Source: Macrostomum lignano (taxonomy: Eukaryota). From it: a DNA stretch of 64,000 nt. The stretch covers positions 1 to 64,000 of the forward strand of contig NIVC01000808.1 in the NCBI GenBank assembly GCA_002269645.1. The letters are read 5' to 3'. Below the pieces are notes generated by a model. The model saw only the letters and a list, made by a program, of their open reading frames with translations, ran no database searches and had not been told where the DNA came from. A program made the translations under genes and the position numbers. Positions 1-10,000 of the stretch are shown here, piece by piece. Numbering within the stretch: the stretch's first letter is position 1; each line of letters starts with the position of its first letter.

Positions 1-115
1 CGCACTCATACGCACGCACAACAGTGTGTACAGCGGCCCTGACTTTCTAATCATCAGCAGGCATGTACACTCTCTGTGCCTCGGGGGCTGGCCTCATAGG
101 TGTGAATTGATCGAC
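1..115 (-). mobile_element. Diverged inverted fragment of the SINE body seen at 1315-1680 and 33338-33584
   Basis: The reverse complement aligns by eye to the SINE body (ggcc.cccc.aggcacag..agtgtacatgcct...aaagt.agggccgctgtacac...gcgtatga.tgcg). It runs off the window start. Confidence 0.7.
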
Positions 116-417
116 AACCCGTGGGCAATTTTTCTTGCCTAATATCATCGTTTACCGCTGAGATGCTCTGCTCTCCTCCGAATGTGGTCTGTAAGGACTC
201 TTAGCGGGTTGTGAGAATCACAAGTAGTGTGCAAGAGTTTCCAAGTTCAGCTTCGCCTTAATCTAGCTATTTTTGTATTTCATTAACTTCATACGAAATC
301 CTATATGAATAAAGCTGGGAGACCGAACAGGCGTATTTCAGTTCCTTTTATGTGCTGACACATGCGCACTAAGCAAACGGAGTGAGACTTTGTCGACGCT
401 TAACTTCAGACGCCTCC

Positions 418-2248
418 ATGGCAACAGCATTGGCAGCGAAAAAATCTCGACACCAGAGCTGGCGACGAGCTGTATCAGGCAGCCAGGCTGGGCCGCCTGT
501 CCGACCTGCGCGCCCTGCTGCACCGTCGGCCGAGCGTCGATCCGAATAGCCGAACGTCGGCCGGTCGGACGCCGCTGATCGGCGCCGCTCTCGCCGACGC
601 GTGGGAAGCTGCCCAGATGCTGCTGGAGGCTGGCGCCAGGCCGGACGAGCCGGACTCGGCCAAGCTGGGCGGCTGCACGCGCGCTGATGGTGGCGGCTCA
701 GCGGGACGCCCAGGCCGTGCGGAGTGCTGCTGCATGCCGGGCGGACGCCGATGCGACCACGCAGCCGGACGGTCAGACGGCGCTGATGTGGTGCTGCCAG
801 GCCGACCTGCCGCGCATGGCCGGCTTGTTAATCTCCCGAGGCGCCCGGGTCGACCGGCGACGTCAGTTGGACGCGGCGACGCCGCTGATGCTGGCGGCCA
901 GGAACAACTCGGCCAGGGTTGCCGAGCTGCTGCTGGAGCTGGGCGCTGCGCCGGATTTGCGCGGTCCGGCCGGCTTCACGGCGCTGATGGTCACGGCGCT
1001 GGTGGACGCAGTCGACGTGGCCGCTCGGCTGCTGTCGTTTGGCGCCGACCGGCTGGTGGCCGACTCGGCGGGAGAACTGCCCTGCACGTGTGCGCCAGGT
1101 GGGGAGCTCACGCTTATGGAATTGGCAAATGGCTGATCTGGAAATGCTGAAGTCATCGTTCAGATTGCGGTGCGCAACGATTTGATTTCGTCTTTGAAGA
1201 CTGTGAAGGATTGTACGGGATTTGTGATGATTGTGAGAATTGCGTACCATCTGTGAGGACTGTGTGAAAGCATCATCCTACAATGCTTACCTAAGCCTAT
1301 ATCTCTAGGGGGGCGGGGCGTAGCCCAGTGGTCTGGCGCGGCGCTCTGATGTGCCAGCGGCCCAAGCTCGATTCCCAGTACAGTCACATTAATTTGGGGC
1401 TAAATTGGAATCTCGGCTTGGCTCTGCTCGTGCAATTAACACCCTTGAAGGGCCAACCCCCAAGGCACAGTGAAGTGTACATGCCTAACGATAAATAAAG
1501 TTAGGGCCGCTGTGCACTCCTGTGTGAGTGTGTGCCTGTGCGTATGACTGCGTGCGTATCCGCGCGCTTGTGTGCCTGTACAGGGAGTCGGTGGAATGGG
1601 CAGTAATGATCGATTGTGTATATGGTTTTGGAGGTAGACAATGCCTCTCGCCGGTTGTTGTGACAGCGCTACTAATAAACAGAGGACTGTGTTGTTTCTC
1701 ACAAATTTGTGATTTTTAAAGACCGTTAGTAGTTTCTTGTTGAAAGTCTGTGAATTTTGTGGGGTTCGAGAGGACTTTTTGTGGTTTTTGAGGACCCTGC
1801 GCTGTATTTTGAGAATCGTGTGTAGACAGTTGAGAAGTTTGTTTGTTTTTGAAGGATTTTGTGGTTTGGAAATTTGTGTGCCAAGATACTTATTTTCCTG
1901 CAGTGTCCAAGGCGCTACCAGTAAAAGCTAGGTACGCGTACCGCATCTGCATCCACACCTTCGCCTAACCGCGCCCAGACACGGCAGCCTTCGAGTAGCC
2001 CGCCTCCTCCTGGGCTCGGGCGTCGATCCGAACCCGGCGCCGACATCGCCGCAGGATGGCGGCCACACGCCGGTGACGCTGGCCGCGGCGCACGCCATCT
2101 CGACTGCCTGCGACTTCTGATCCGGCGGGGCGCCGATTATCTGCACAGATGCGCGGACGGGCGCGACATCCGGGCTCTAGCGGAAGCTTCCGGGTGCGCG
2201 CGGACCGCCGAGCTGGCCCGATCGTTGATCAAGGACTCGCAGAGGTGA
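418..2248 (+). pseudogene. Ankyrin-repeat protein gene, frameshifted (pseudogene or sequencing errors). Two coding blocks: ~418-1200 and ~1931-2248
   Basis: Joining frames gives serial ankyrin motifs: GDELYQAARLG, GRTPLIGAALAD..AAQMLLEAGA, GQTALMWCC, ATPLMLAARNN, GFTALMVTA, GRTALHVCARWG. The second block reads RHGSLRVARLLLGSGVDPN, GHTPVTLAAAH(G)HLDCLRLLIRRGAD...KDSQR*. This needs single-base indels at ~439-444, ~680, ~723, ~740, ~1071 and ~2094. That the two blocks are one gene is inferred. Confidence 0.75.
1315..1680 (+). mobile_element. tRNA-derived SINE, near full length
   Basis: GGGGCG head, A-box TAGCCCAGTGG (1321-1331) and B-box-like GCTCGATTCC (1366-1375). The following ~190-bp body is nearly identical to 33381-33568. 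AATAAA near 1674. Confidence 0.75.
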
Positions 2249-2380
2249 CACTGATTGACGCTTGACCTTGATGACCATTTTAGACATTCAGCCTTTTTTG
2301 GAATTATCTATTACGACCTTATGCAGCCCCGTAATGACCGTAAGCTATTTCTTGAACTAGTTTTTTTCTAGTTTGTCTTA

Positions 2381-3085
2381 ATGTTTTCAACGACCAAGGG
2401 AAACACCATAGGTCCTGTACAGTATGCGAGTGAATGCAGGTACAAAAGTACAAGTTATCATAACAAGGCTCATTTGTTAATTTCCAGCCAAAGATCCCAT
2501 TCTAACCAGACGGAGACCGACTTCAAATGGCTGCACACCCACGAGGATGGCCTCCGCCCGGAGCTGAAGCCAACGCTGGCCGCCCTCCTGAAGACGGTCA
2601 GCGAAGAGGAAGACGAAGTGGAAGAAGGCGGTGGCGGGCAGAGGGCCAAGCGCAGAAGCAAGATATGTGGCGATGCCTCAGTGCGGCCGGTGCCGCCGCT
2701 CGACGCTGCAACTAAAGATTTCAAAGCTACAACGACGCCAGCGGCTCCGAGCGTCAAAACGCGCAATGTCGTCAACAATCGACGTTCAAGCGACGCCTCT
2801 TTAACTGAAGGTTCGTCTGTCGCAACCGCCAGCGATCGGTCCGACTCGCCGCCGGAAGAGGACCGCCTGATCGAACAGCTGATCATCAGGAAGCGCATCG
2901 TGACCAAAGAGACCAGCGGCCAGCGAGTTGTGTCAGTCAAGGAGGAGCAGCTGGAGCTGGTCGTTGACTGCGGCGAGATCAGCGAGACAGTTCACGTCAA
3001 GAGCGGTGCCCCCGCGATTGCCGCCGCCGCGGCCGCTCGTGGCGCCGATGCTTTCAGGTCGACAGGCTCGCAATTTTATTCTTGA
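2381..3085 (+). CDS. Hypothetical 234-aa low-complexity/charged protein (or terminal exon from ~2488)
   Basis: GC-rich open frame with Glu, Gly and Ala tracts like the other exons here. A poly-T+AG acceptor ends at 2371 and another at 2487. No recognisable domain. Confidence 0.4.
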   Translation: MFSTTKGNTIGPVQYASECRYKSTSYHNKAHLLISSQRSHSNQTETDFKWLHTHEDGLRPELKPTLAALLKTVSEEEDEVEEGGGGQRAKRRSKICGDASVRPVPPLDAATKDFKATTTPAAPSVKTRNVVNNRRSSDASLTEGSSVATASDRSDSPPEEDRLIEQLIIRKRIVTKETSGQRVVSVKEEQLELVVDCGEISETVHVKSGAPAIAAAAAARGADAFRSTGSQFYS

Positions 3086-3989
3086 GCTTTCTGAGTTTGG
3101 TGTAATAGTGAAGTTAATTTCTGCATATTCTACATTTGTGTATACTAAAGTATGATTAATTCTCAAACGATCGCTGTACTCTAGAGTAAAAAGTGATAGC
3201 TTCTTTCATTAAAGATATTTTTGTGAAATATTTTTCGGGATTTTAATTTACTTCTTTTTTGGTGAAGAAAAGCCGCTGTCGTGATCAAAGGCGAGGCATG
3301 AAAATCTGCGAGCACAGGACAAATATATTTCATTGTTATTAGACAGAGATATAGCTCGTAAAAAGACACGTAAAGCTGCAGGCTCACTGGCAGTAGAAAT
3401 GCAGAAGATATTTGTACATTGTACATGTAGTTTTCAATACATATATTTTTTTCATCGAGTTAATTTGAATCTGACGGCGACGCCACAATAGTATTGGGTT
3501 ACCTAAAAGAATACAAGAACTACTAGAACTTCAACCATACAATTTTAGGACGTTAAATTGTTTCAGAACTGACTTGAGAACAGTCTTTGATTCTTGCACT
3601 AGGAAGTAGCTCCCGAATGGCAGACAGATAAGAGATGTGAGCCCGTGGCATCCGGTTTTACTATTTGGGGGCTCCGGGCCCTAACATAGCCAGGCGTGCT
3701 GTGGCACGAAACATACCAGGGGTATCCCAAAAGTTCGTGCAATCGATCGATTTCCACCATAGACATCGCTCTAGTGGCTGCAGCTGTCACTATAGCTGCC
3801 CTGCCCTCCAATAATTTCCTGCGCACTTGAACTATTTGCCCTTTTCTTATCGTCACCACCGCAATTCTCCTCATCACTGTTTTCCTTCCTTGGCCGACGT
3901 CGCGGTAATGGGAGATGACCCGCAGAACAAGCAGCGGTGTTACATTAAAACTTAATGCTGCAAGGAACGCCAACTGCACAAGTTCACTG

Positions 3990-6200
3990 GCGACTTGTAG
4001 ACGCGTATGGCAAAGATGCGCTGTGCTAGCGCGCTGTGTACAAGTGGTAGGATTGGCTTAAGAGCGGCTGCACTTCGACCTGGACGAGCCGAGATCTGGG
4101 GATCCCGGGCAGTGCAGACCAAGAGCAACGTCGAGCTCATCTGTGGTTTGCTGGCAGAGCTTAGTGGAATTCTTTCATCCAGCATCCACCGAATTCTCAC
4201 AGAGGACTTGAGGTCGCCTGTATCAATGCCTGAACGAGCTCTTTAACGAGATCGTCCGACTTTTGAAACAGCAGGGTGATTCGGGTGCTGCAGAGGGCGT
4301 TCAGAAGTTGCCCGAGTGCTTGGGATGAACCATCGCATTCATTGCATCCTACTCGTATTTTCAATCCCTGTGAAAAATCAACTTCCTGTTGTCCGACACT
4401 AAAGTCCATGGCAGGCCCTGGCGCGCGAAGATCTCGCGGAGACAGCCGATTGTCGTGGTCGACGTCATGCTGGTCAGCTGCTTCATCTCCGGCCACTTGC
4501 TGTCCGCGTCGATAAGCACCAGAAAAGTGCGTCCGTCCACTGGCCCAGCAAAGTCGACGTGCAGTCTGGACCATGGCTCGGATGGGAAGGGCCATGGGTG
4601 CACTGGCGAATTGGGTGGATCAGCCCGGCTGGTTTCACATGCTCTGACGGTCCAGCCCAGGCCACCACACGTAGCTGCATGCGCGCGAGCGCTCCCATGC
4701 GGCTAGCCCCAGGATGATCGAGCTTAATGCAGTACGCAGAGGACCATCGGGCGGAGTGCGACGGAACGAAGGCCCTCGATCCCGAGAATCTTGGAAGAAC
4801 AGGCACTTGGCCTTGTTTAGTCGAAGGCCAGCGTCCTGAAGACGCTGCAGCACTCTAGTTAGGTTCTGTTTGTGCTGCTTGCCTGTGACGAGAATGTCGT
4901 CGACGAACACCTTGTCGTCTCAATAGATCACCCAATAGCGCTTGCAGAGTACGCTGGAAGATGGCGCTGGCCGAGTTAATGCCGAAGGGCAGTCTATTGA
5001 GTTGAAACAAGACTCTCGATGTTTTGATGACTAGGTAGGCACGGCTCCCCTCGGACATTGGCAGCTGCAAAAACGCGTTCGATAAGTCGAGTTTTGTCTA
5101 TTTGCATCTTAATAATCTGCTTGACGAAGATGTCCTCTAATCCGTGGCAATGGATAGTGCTCAGGCTTGGCCGCGGCGTTGAAGGTGAACTTTGTATTCG
5201 CCGCAAATGCAAATATCGCCGTTTGCCTTCACCACCGGGATGATTGGAGCAGCCCAGTTTGAATTCTTGATCTGCGATGATGCCCTTGGCCTCGAGTCGT
5301 ATCAGCTCCTCGTCCTCTCGTCATCAGTGATTACGGCACATGGCCTGGCCTTGAAGAATCGTGGCATGGCCTGCTCGTCCACCTGCAGTTTGACTTCGCC
5401 GTGGCGATACCACCCAAGTCCGTCAGCGAAGACTTCAGAGAACTGCTGCATCACTAGGGGGTTGCGGAGCTGGAGCTGACTGAGTTGACCTGAGCCACGA
5501 GCCTGGATGTGATACCACCCAATCCGTCAGCGAAGACTTCAGAGAGCTAGCTGCTGCATCAGGTGGTTGCGGAGCTGGAGCTGACTGAGTTGACCTGAGC
5601 CATGATTGCCTGCCAGTCCAACCTTAGTCGAGCCATCCAATCTCGTCCAAGAAGATCGACATTGGGTCTTTTCATATTACCAATTCCAGAACCAGAATCG
5701 GTTCGGAATTCCAAGAAAAACAGCAGTACAACTATTAAACTCTGTTCATATTTGACTGCCTTAACAACCTAACTTAGCACAATTTTTCACTTTCTTCTTG
5801 GCGATTGTCATTCAATAATAAAAACTTTATAGCACGTATCTCCCTCTAGTTATGGAGACAAAAAGTTATACTTCACAAATTGGTTCTGGTTCTGGAACCA
5901 GAGCAAGCAATATGAAAAGGCCCATTGCCCTGAGAGACACGAGCGGTGGAAGAATTTGGTTCTAGCCGTTATAACTCACAGAGACCCTTGAATCGCCCAG
6001 CAGTTTGAACTGCTCGTTGGGGTACGTGCGCATGAGCACCATCGTGGTGGACTGTATAGGCAAGTCCTGGAAGCCTCTCGTCCGCCAACCTCTTCCCGCC
6101 AATCAACGTGATGGCTGACCGGTGTCTAGTTCAAACGGACAACTGCGACCGTCGATATCTAGCGTTACCGTCAGGGATCGGTTTGATCGAGGTCCAACGG
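3990..6200 (-). mobile_element. Degenerate Ty3/Gypsy LTR retrotransposon pol (protease-RT-integrase)
   Basis: Protease ELDTG (~6150) and GNVDLLGRDWMARL (spanning the MITE). RT RLPFGINSASAIFQR and FVDDILVTG. Integrase HPWPFPSEPWSRLHVDFAGP...LVLIDADSKWPE...LVSDN. Order PR-RT-IN is Gypsy-type. Many frameshifts, deletions and a ~100-bp internal duplication (5406-5497 / 5511-5602). No LTR pair found. Confidence 0.88.
5664..5923. mobile_element. 260-bp MITE with 15-bp TIRs and 3-bp ATT TSD (PIF/Harbinger-like)
   Basis: GGGTCTTTTCATATT (5664-5678) versus AATATGAAAAGGCCC (5909-5923), 14/15 inverted match. Subterminal TTCCAGAACCAGAA motif also inverted. ATT on both flanks. Removing the element restores the Gypsy protease frame. 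Confidence 0.85.
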
Positions 6201-7002
6201 AAAGAATCCCGAGCAGCAAAATTACATATCCAATAGAAAGTTCGACGTCTCCGATACGTAACTTTTTGGTTGCAGGAACGTCCCTGATACGTATCCAATT
6301 TTTATGATCCTCTAGAAAGGCTCGTTTCTACAAAAATGGTGGAATAAAAAATAAAAAATAATACGAGCATCATCTGTTTACCACCTGACTCTCACCGGAG
6401 TCAGAAAATGTCAGACTAGCGCTCGCGTCTCGCGTTGATGAACCACCCGGTTTGTTTGATTTTTACGACGTGACTTGTGCCCTGGAATGTCTTGTAATTT
6501 TAGCGGCAATTTGATTTGCACCGACAAAAAAACTTTAATTAATTTATCGTAACGTAATAAAGTGTTTCAAATCTGACGTCTGAATCTGAGAACTGACCAG
6601 GCCACTCCTTACTCCACTCTAAGATGATTTAAGAATAAGCTAGGCCTATGCTATATCAATTTAAGCTCATGTTCATGTAAAAAGCAGCAGTACGGTCAGG
6701 ACTTCGCTGGCACCACTAGGGAATTTGCAAGCGACAAGCTTTGATTAATATTAATAAAATCCACCTGTCCCCTACCTATACGACTCTACATAGGCCTACG
6801 TTCCTCAGACTCAGAGAATGTACTCAGGCAACAGAGTCTAAGTTTGCTGTGATTTTTATTGCCTATTGGCCTACTATCAATTTTCAACTCTTCAATTATA
6901 ATAATAATAGTAAACCTAGATCTTTTTTAATTTTTTTAACACCTGAATGGCTGAATTTACTTAATGTATATGTATTAAATTAGAAATAAATAGGTGGAGA
7001 CA

Positions 7003-10000
7003 ATGGAAAAGTCAAAGCAGACTACACGAAAAGATGAAAATGGTCTTGAGGTAAGAGCAAAAATTTATACCTTGACTAGATTGCCTTTATATTGATTGAC
7101 TTAAACTAGGGGCCTATGTTATGCCATCTAGCTAGATGTATGAATGAGTAAAAATTTTAGCCATTTTAATCATTTTTATAGTGGGATAATTGTGGTTATT
7201 AGTAGGCCCTATGGCTATAGTATGGGCTATTGATTTAATCTAACTGAACATTTTATATTTTATTTCTAGATGAGGATCAGGATTATGTAGTAGTATATAC
7301 AAAAACAAAAACAAAAAAGTATCTAAAATGTATGCCATAAGTTCTTTTTTAAAAAGGTCATTTGGTTTTCAAAAGTAGAGATTCCTAAGAAAGGCTTTCA
7401 TATAAAGAGTTTTTTAAAATATAAATATTTTCATTTTAAACAAACTTAGATTATACCTATAGAAAGAATGAATGCAAAATTCACATTCTTAGCAATAGTT
7501 TATACTAATTTTGTTCATTGTTGATTTTAAAGAAGCAATAGTTTATTATCAGTTCCAAGTCACTTCGTCATCTGCCATTTCGTCATCTGGGGTGTCTGGG
7601 GTGCTCACCTCGACTAGGGTCACTTTGTCATCTTAATTTGCATGCACTACCTCAAGAGAGTCATTTCATCGTCTACTAATCATAGTAGTTTCAACTTCCT
7701 AGTGAATTTATGTTGCAATTAAACATATTTACTTGGAATCCTAATGATACCAGTCATTTTGTCATCTCGATTGATAAAACCTGTCAATCTATTGGTTCTG
7801 CTTGCCGCAGCTTATACGCGTAATTAATAAAGACAAAAATAGTTTACACTAACTCAAATCTCACACAGATTGATGGGTTGATGACAAAGTATCCAGCATA
7901 AATAAATATTTGGTCATTTTGTAATATTATTTTTTCAAAGCTACTTTGCTTCTGGTCACTTTGTCATCCAATATGACGAAATTGAATATGATAATCTGAC
8001 CAGTGACCTTATAATTATCAACTTTTTAGACTATATAAATTTTCCTTTATTTTGTACTTATATAAAAACATTAATTTACATAACAATTTTAATGCTCGGC
8101 ATAAAAAGACTAGAAAATTTAAGTATATAGATTTTAAAATGAAGACTTTAAAAAAAGACAATAATTAAATAATTAATCCCATATATTTATATGAAACCAA
8201 TAAGCCAGAATTGGATTTTTATATAAAATCCTAAGCCCTAGTATATACCCCAAAATTTGGGCATGCATCAGCCTTGTATATGAATAGTTAGGCATGCACA
8301 ATTAGTATATATATAGTATATTTAGATTATTCCAAAAAATAATGTGCATACATATCTAGTGTATATACATACCAGTTGTGCACTTTATAGAATCACATAA
8401 AATATTTAGTAGAAGTGGACAAAAGATTGAAAAGTTCATTTTAAGGCATTAATTTCAAGCTTTCCAGTTTTTAAGCTCATAAAAAGGCATTTTAACAAAT
8501 GTTTGTATATGTCATGTTTTTAAAAATTCAACCAAATTATTAGCCAAAAGGGTCTTTTATACAGAAAGGTAATTTATTATTGCAATCCTAGCCTATAGAT
8601 TTGAGAGTATGGGCATGCCATGTATCCAAATTTTTTTGGTATGCATTTGTAACTATTTAATTTTTGTTTAAGTGTGCACCTAGCATGATTTAAACTATAG
8701 AATCACAGATATATTCCATGCACTATGACAAAAATTGTGCATTTGCACACACATATTTGGCAATTTTGAGTGACTCTAAAAGGTTTATATATAGATTTTA
8801 TTTATTTAAAAAATTTGAATGATTTCTTTTGAAAATATTGAATATTGCATTTGTTGCAATAAAACATAGTTATTGCATTGAAAAGCAAAGCCATTAAGCA
8901 TTACATTGACATCAAAAGATATTTATAAAATTTATTTTTATGTATTTGTTTAAACTTTATAAGAAATTTTAAAAATTAACCATTTTTGTCAAAATTTATT
9001 AAATATCTAAACTACACATATTTATACTTTTAAAAGTTTATTAAAGCCTAAATACTGCCTCTGTTAATGTTCACAATTAATTGTAACAAAAATACAAGTA
9101 AAATGTATGAACATTTAACATAGAAATAACAAATAAAGTAAGAAAAGAAAAAGAAAATAACAAGTGTATAATAATATAAAAGTATTAAGTTCTTTAAAAC
9201 AAACTTTTTTTAGGCACTAACAATTTTTTGTCTTTTTTCAACTTGTATAGTATTAAATGTTGTTTTAGCTCATTATAACTGTGTAAGATTTTATTGCTCT
9301 GCTATAAAGCATTTCTTATGCTTTTTGTAGGTGTCATGATTTGCTGTAAAAGTTTTTGTATTGGTCTATTCAAATTTTACATTATTTATATTTTTTTCAG
9401 TTTTAAGGTGGAGACTTTTTGTGTTCTGTTTTGATGGAAATACCCAGATAATATATAGATACCTGCAGTATTTGGCACTTAATGAAAATCTTAAATTGTA
9501 TTAATGGCAAAAGCATTAGCATTAGAACAAAACTATTAACTCATTAACTCTATTTCATTAAGTTAACTGAAAGTCAACTGATAATTATTAAATGTTAATC
9601 TGTTAAAGTTAACACAGATAATATAGAAATCTTGCACTACTTTCCAAAGCAGACTTCACAATGCACTGTCTTTGTTTTGTATCTTTTTAGCAAAACATAG
9701 AGGTCATCCTTTGAGGTTGAGGTTGTTCTTAAAATCTTTGCATCTTTTGGTCATTGACATTATCATTTATGTTAAAAAAGAATTTATCATTAACTTACAA
9801 AATTATGAATGCAAATTCATTAATCCATTAGTGAGAAAATCTGAATGGCAATCCAATAATGTCAATGAAAAATCTTCACACTTATCAGTGCTTATTAGCA
9901 GATTAATGCTTATTAACAAACTGGTGCCCAACACTGGATGGATATCAGTGCCAAGATTGTGTACCAATGTATGCCAGAATGAAATTTGCTTCCCTATCTT

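Noticed and set aside
41-60. Hammerhead-like CTGATGA...GAAA on the minus strand of the SINE relic
   Set aside because: Only 3 nt separate the motifs (no stem II), and the motif is absent in the two better-preserved copies.
1315-1378. tRNA gene
   Set aside because: No convincing cloverleaf or anticodon arm, the B-box is mutated, and it is continuous with a dispersed repeat body. Called a SINE head instead.
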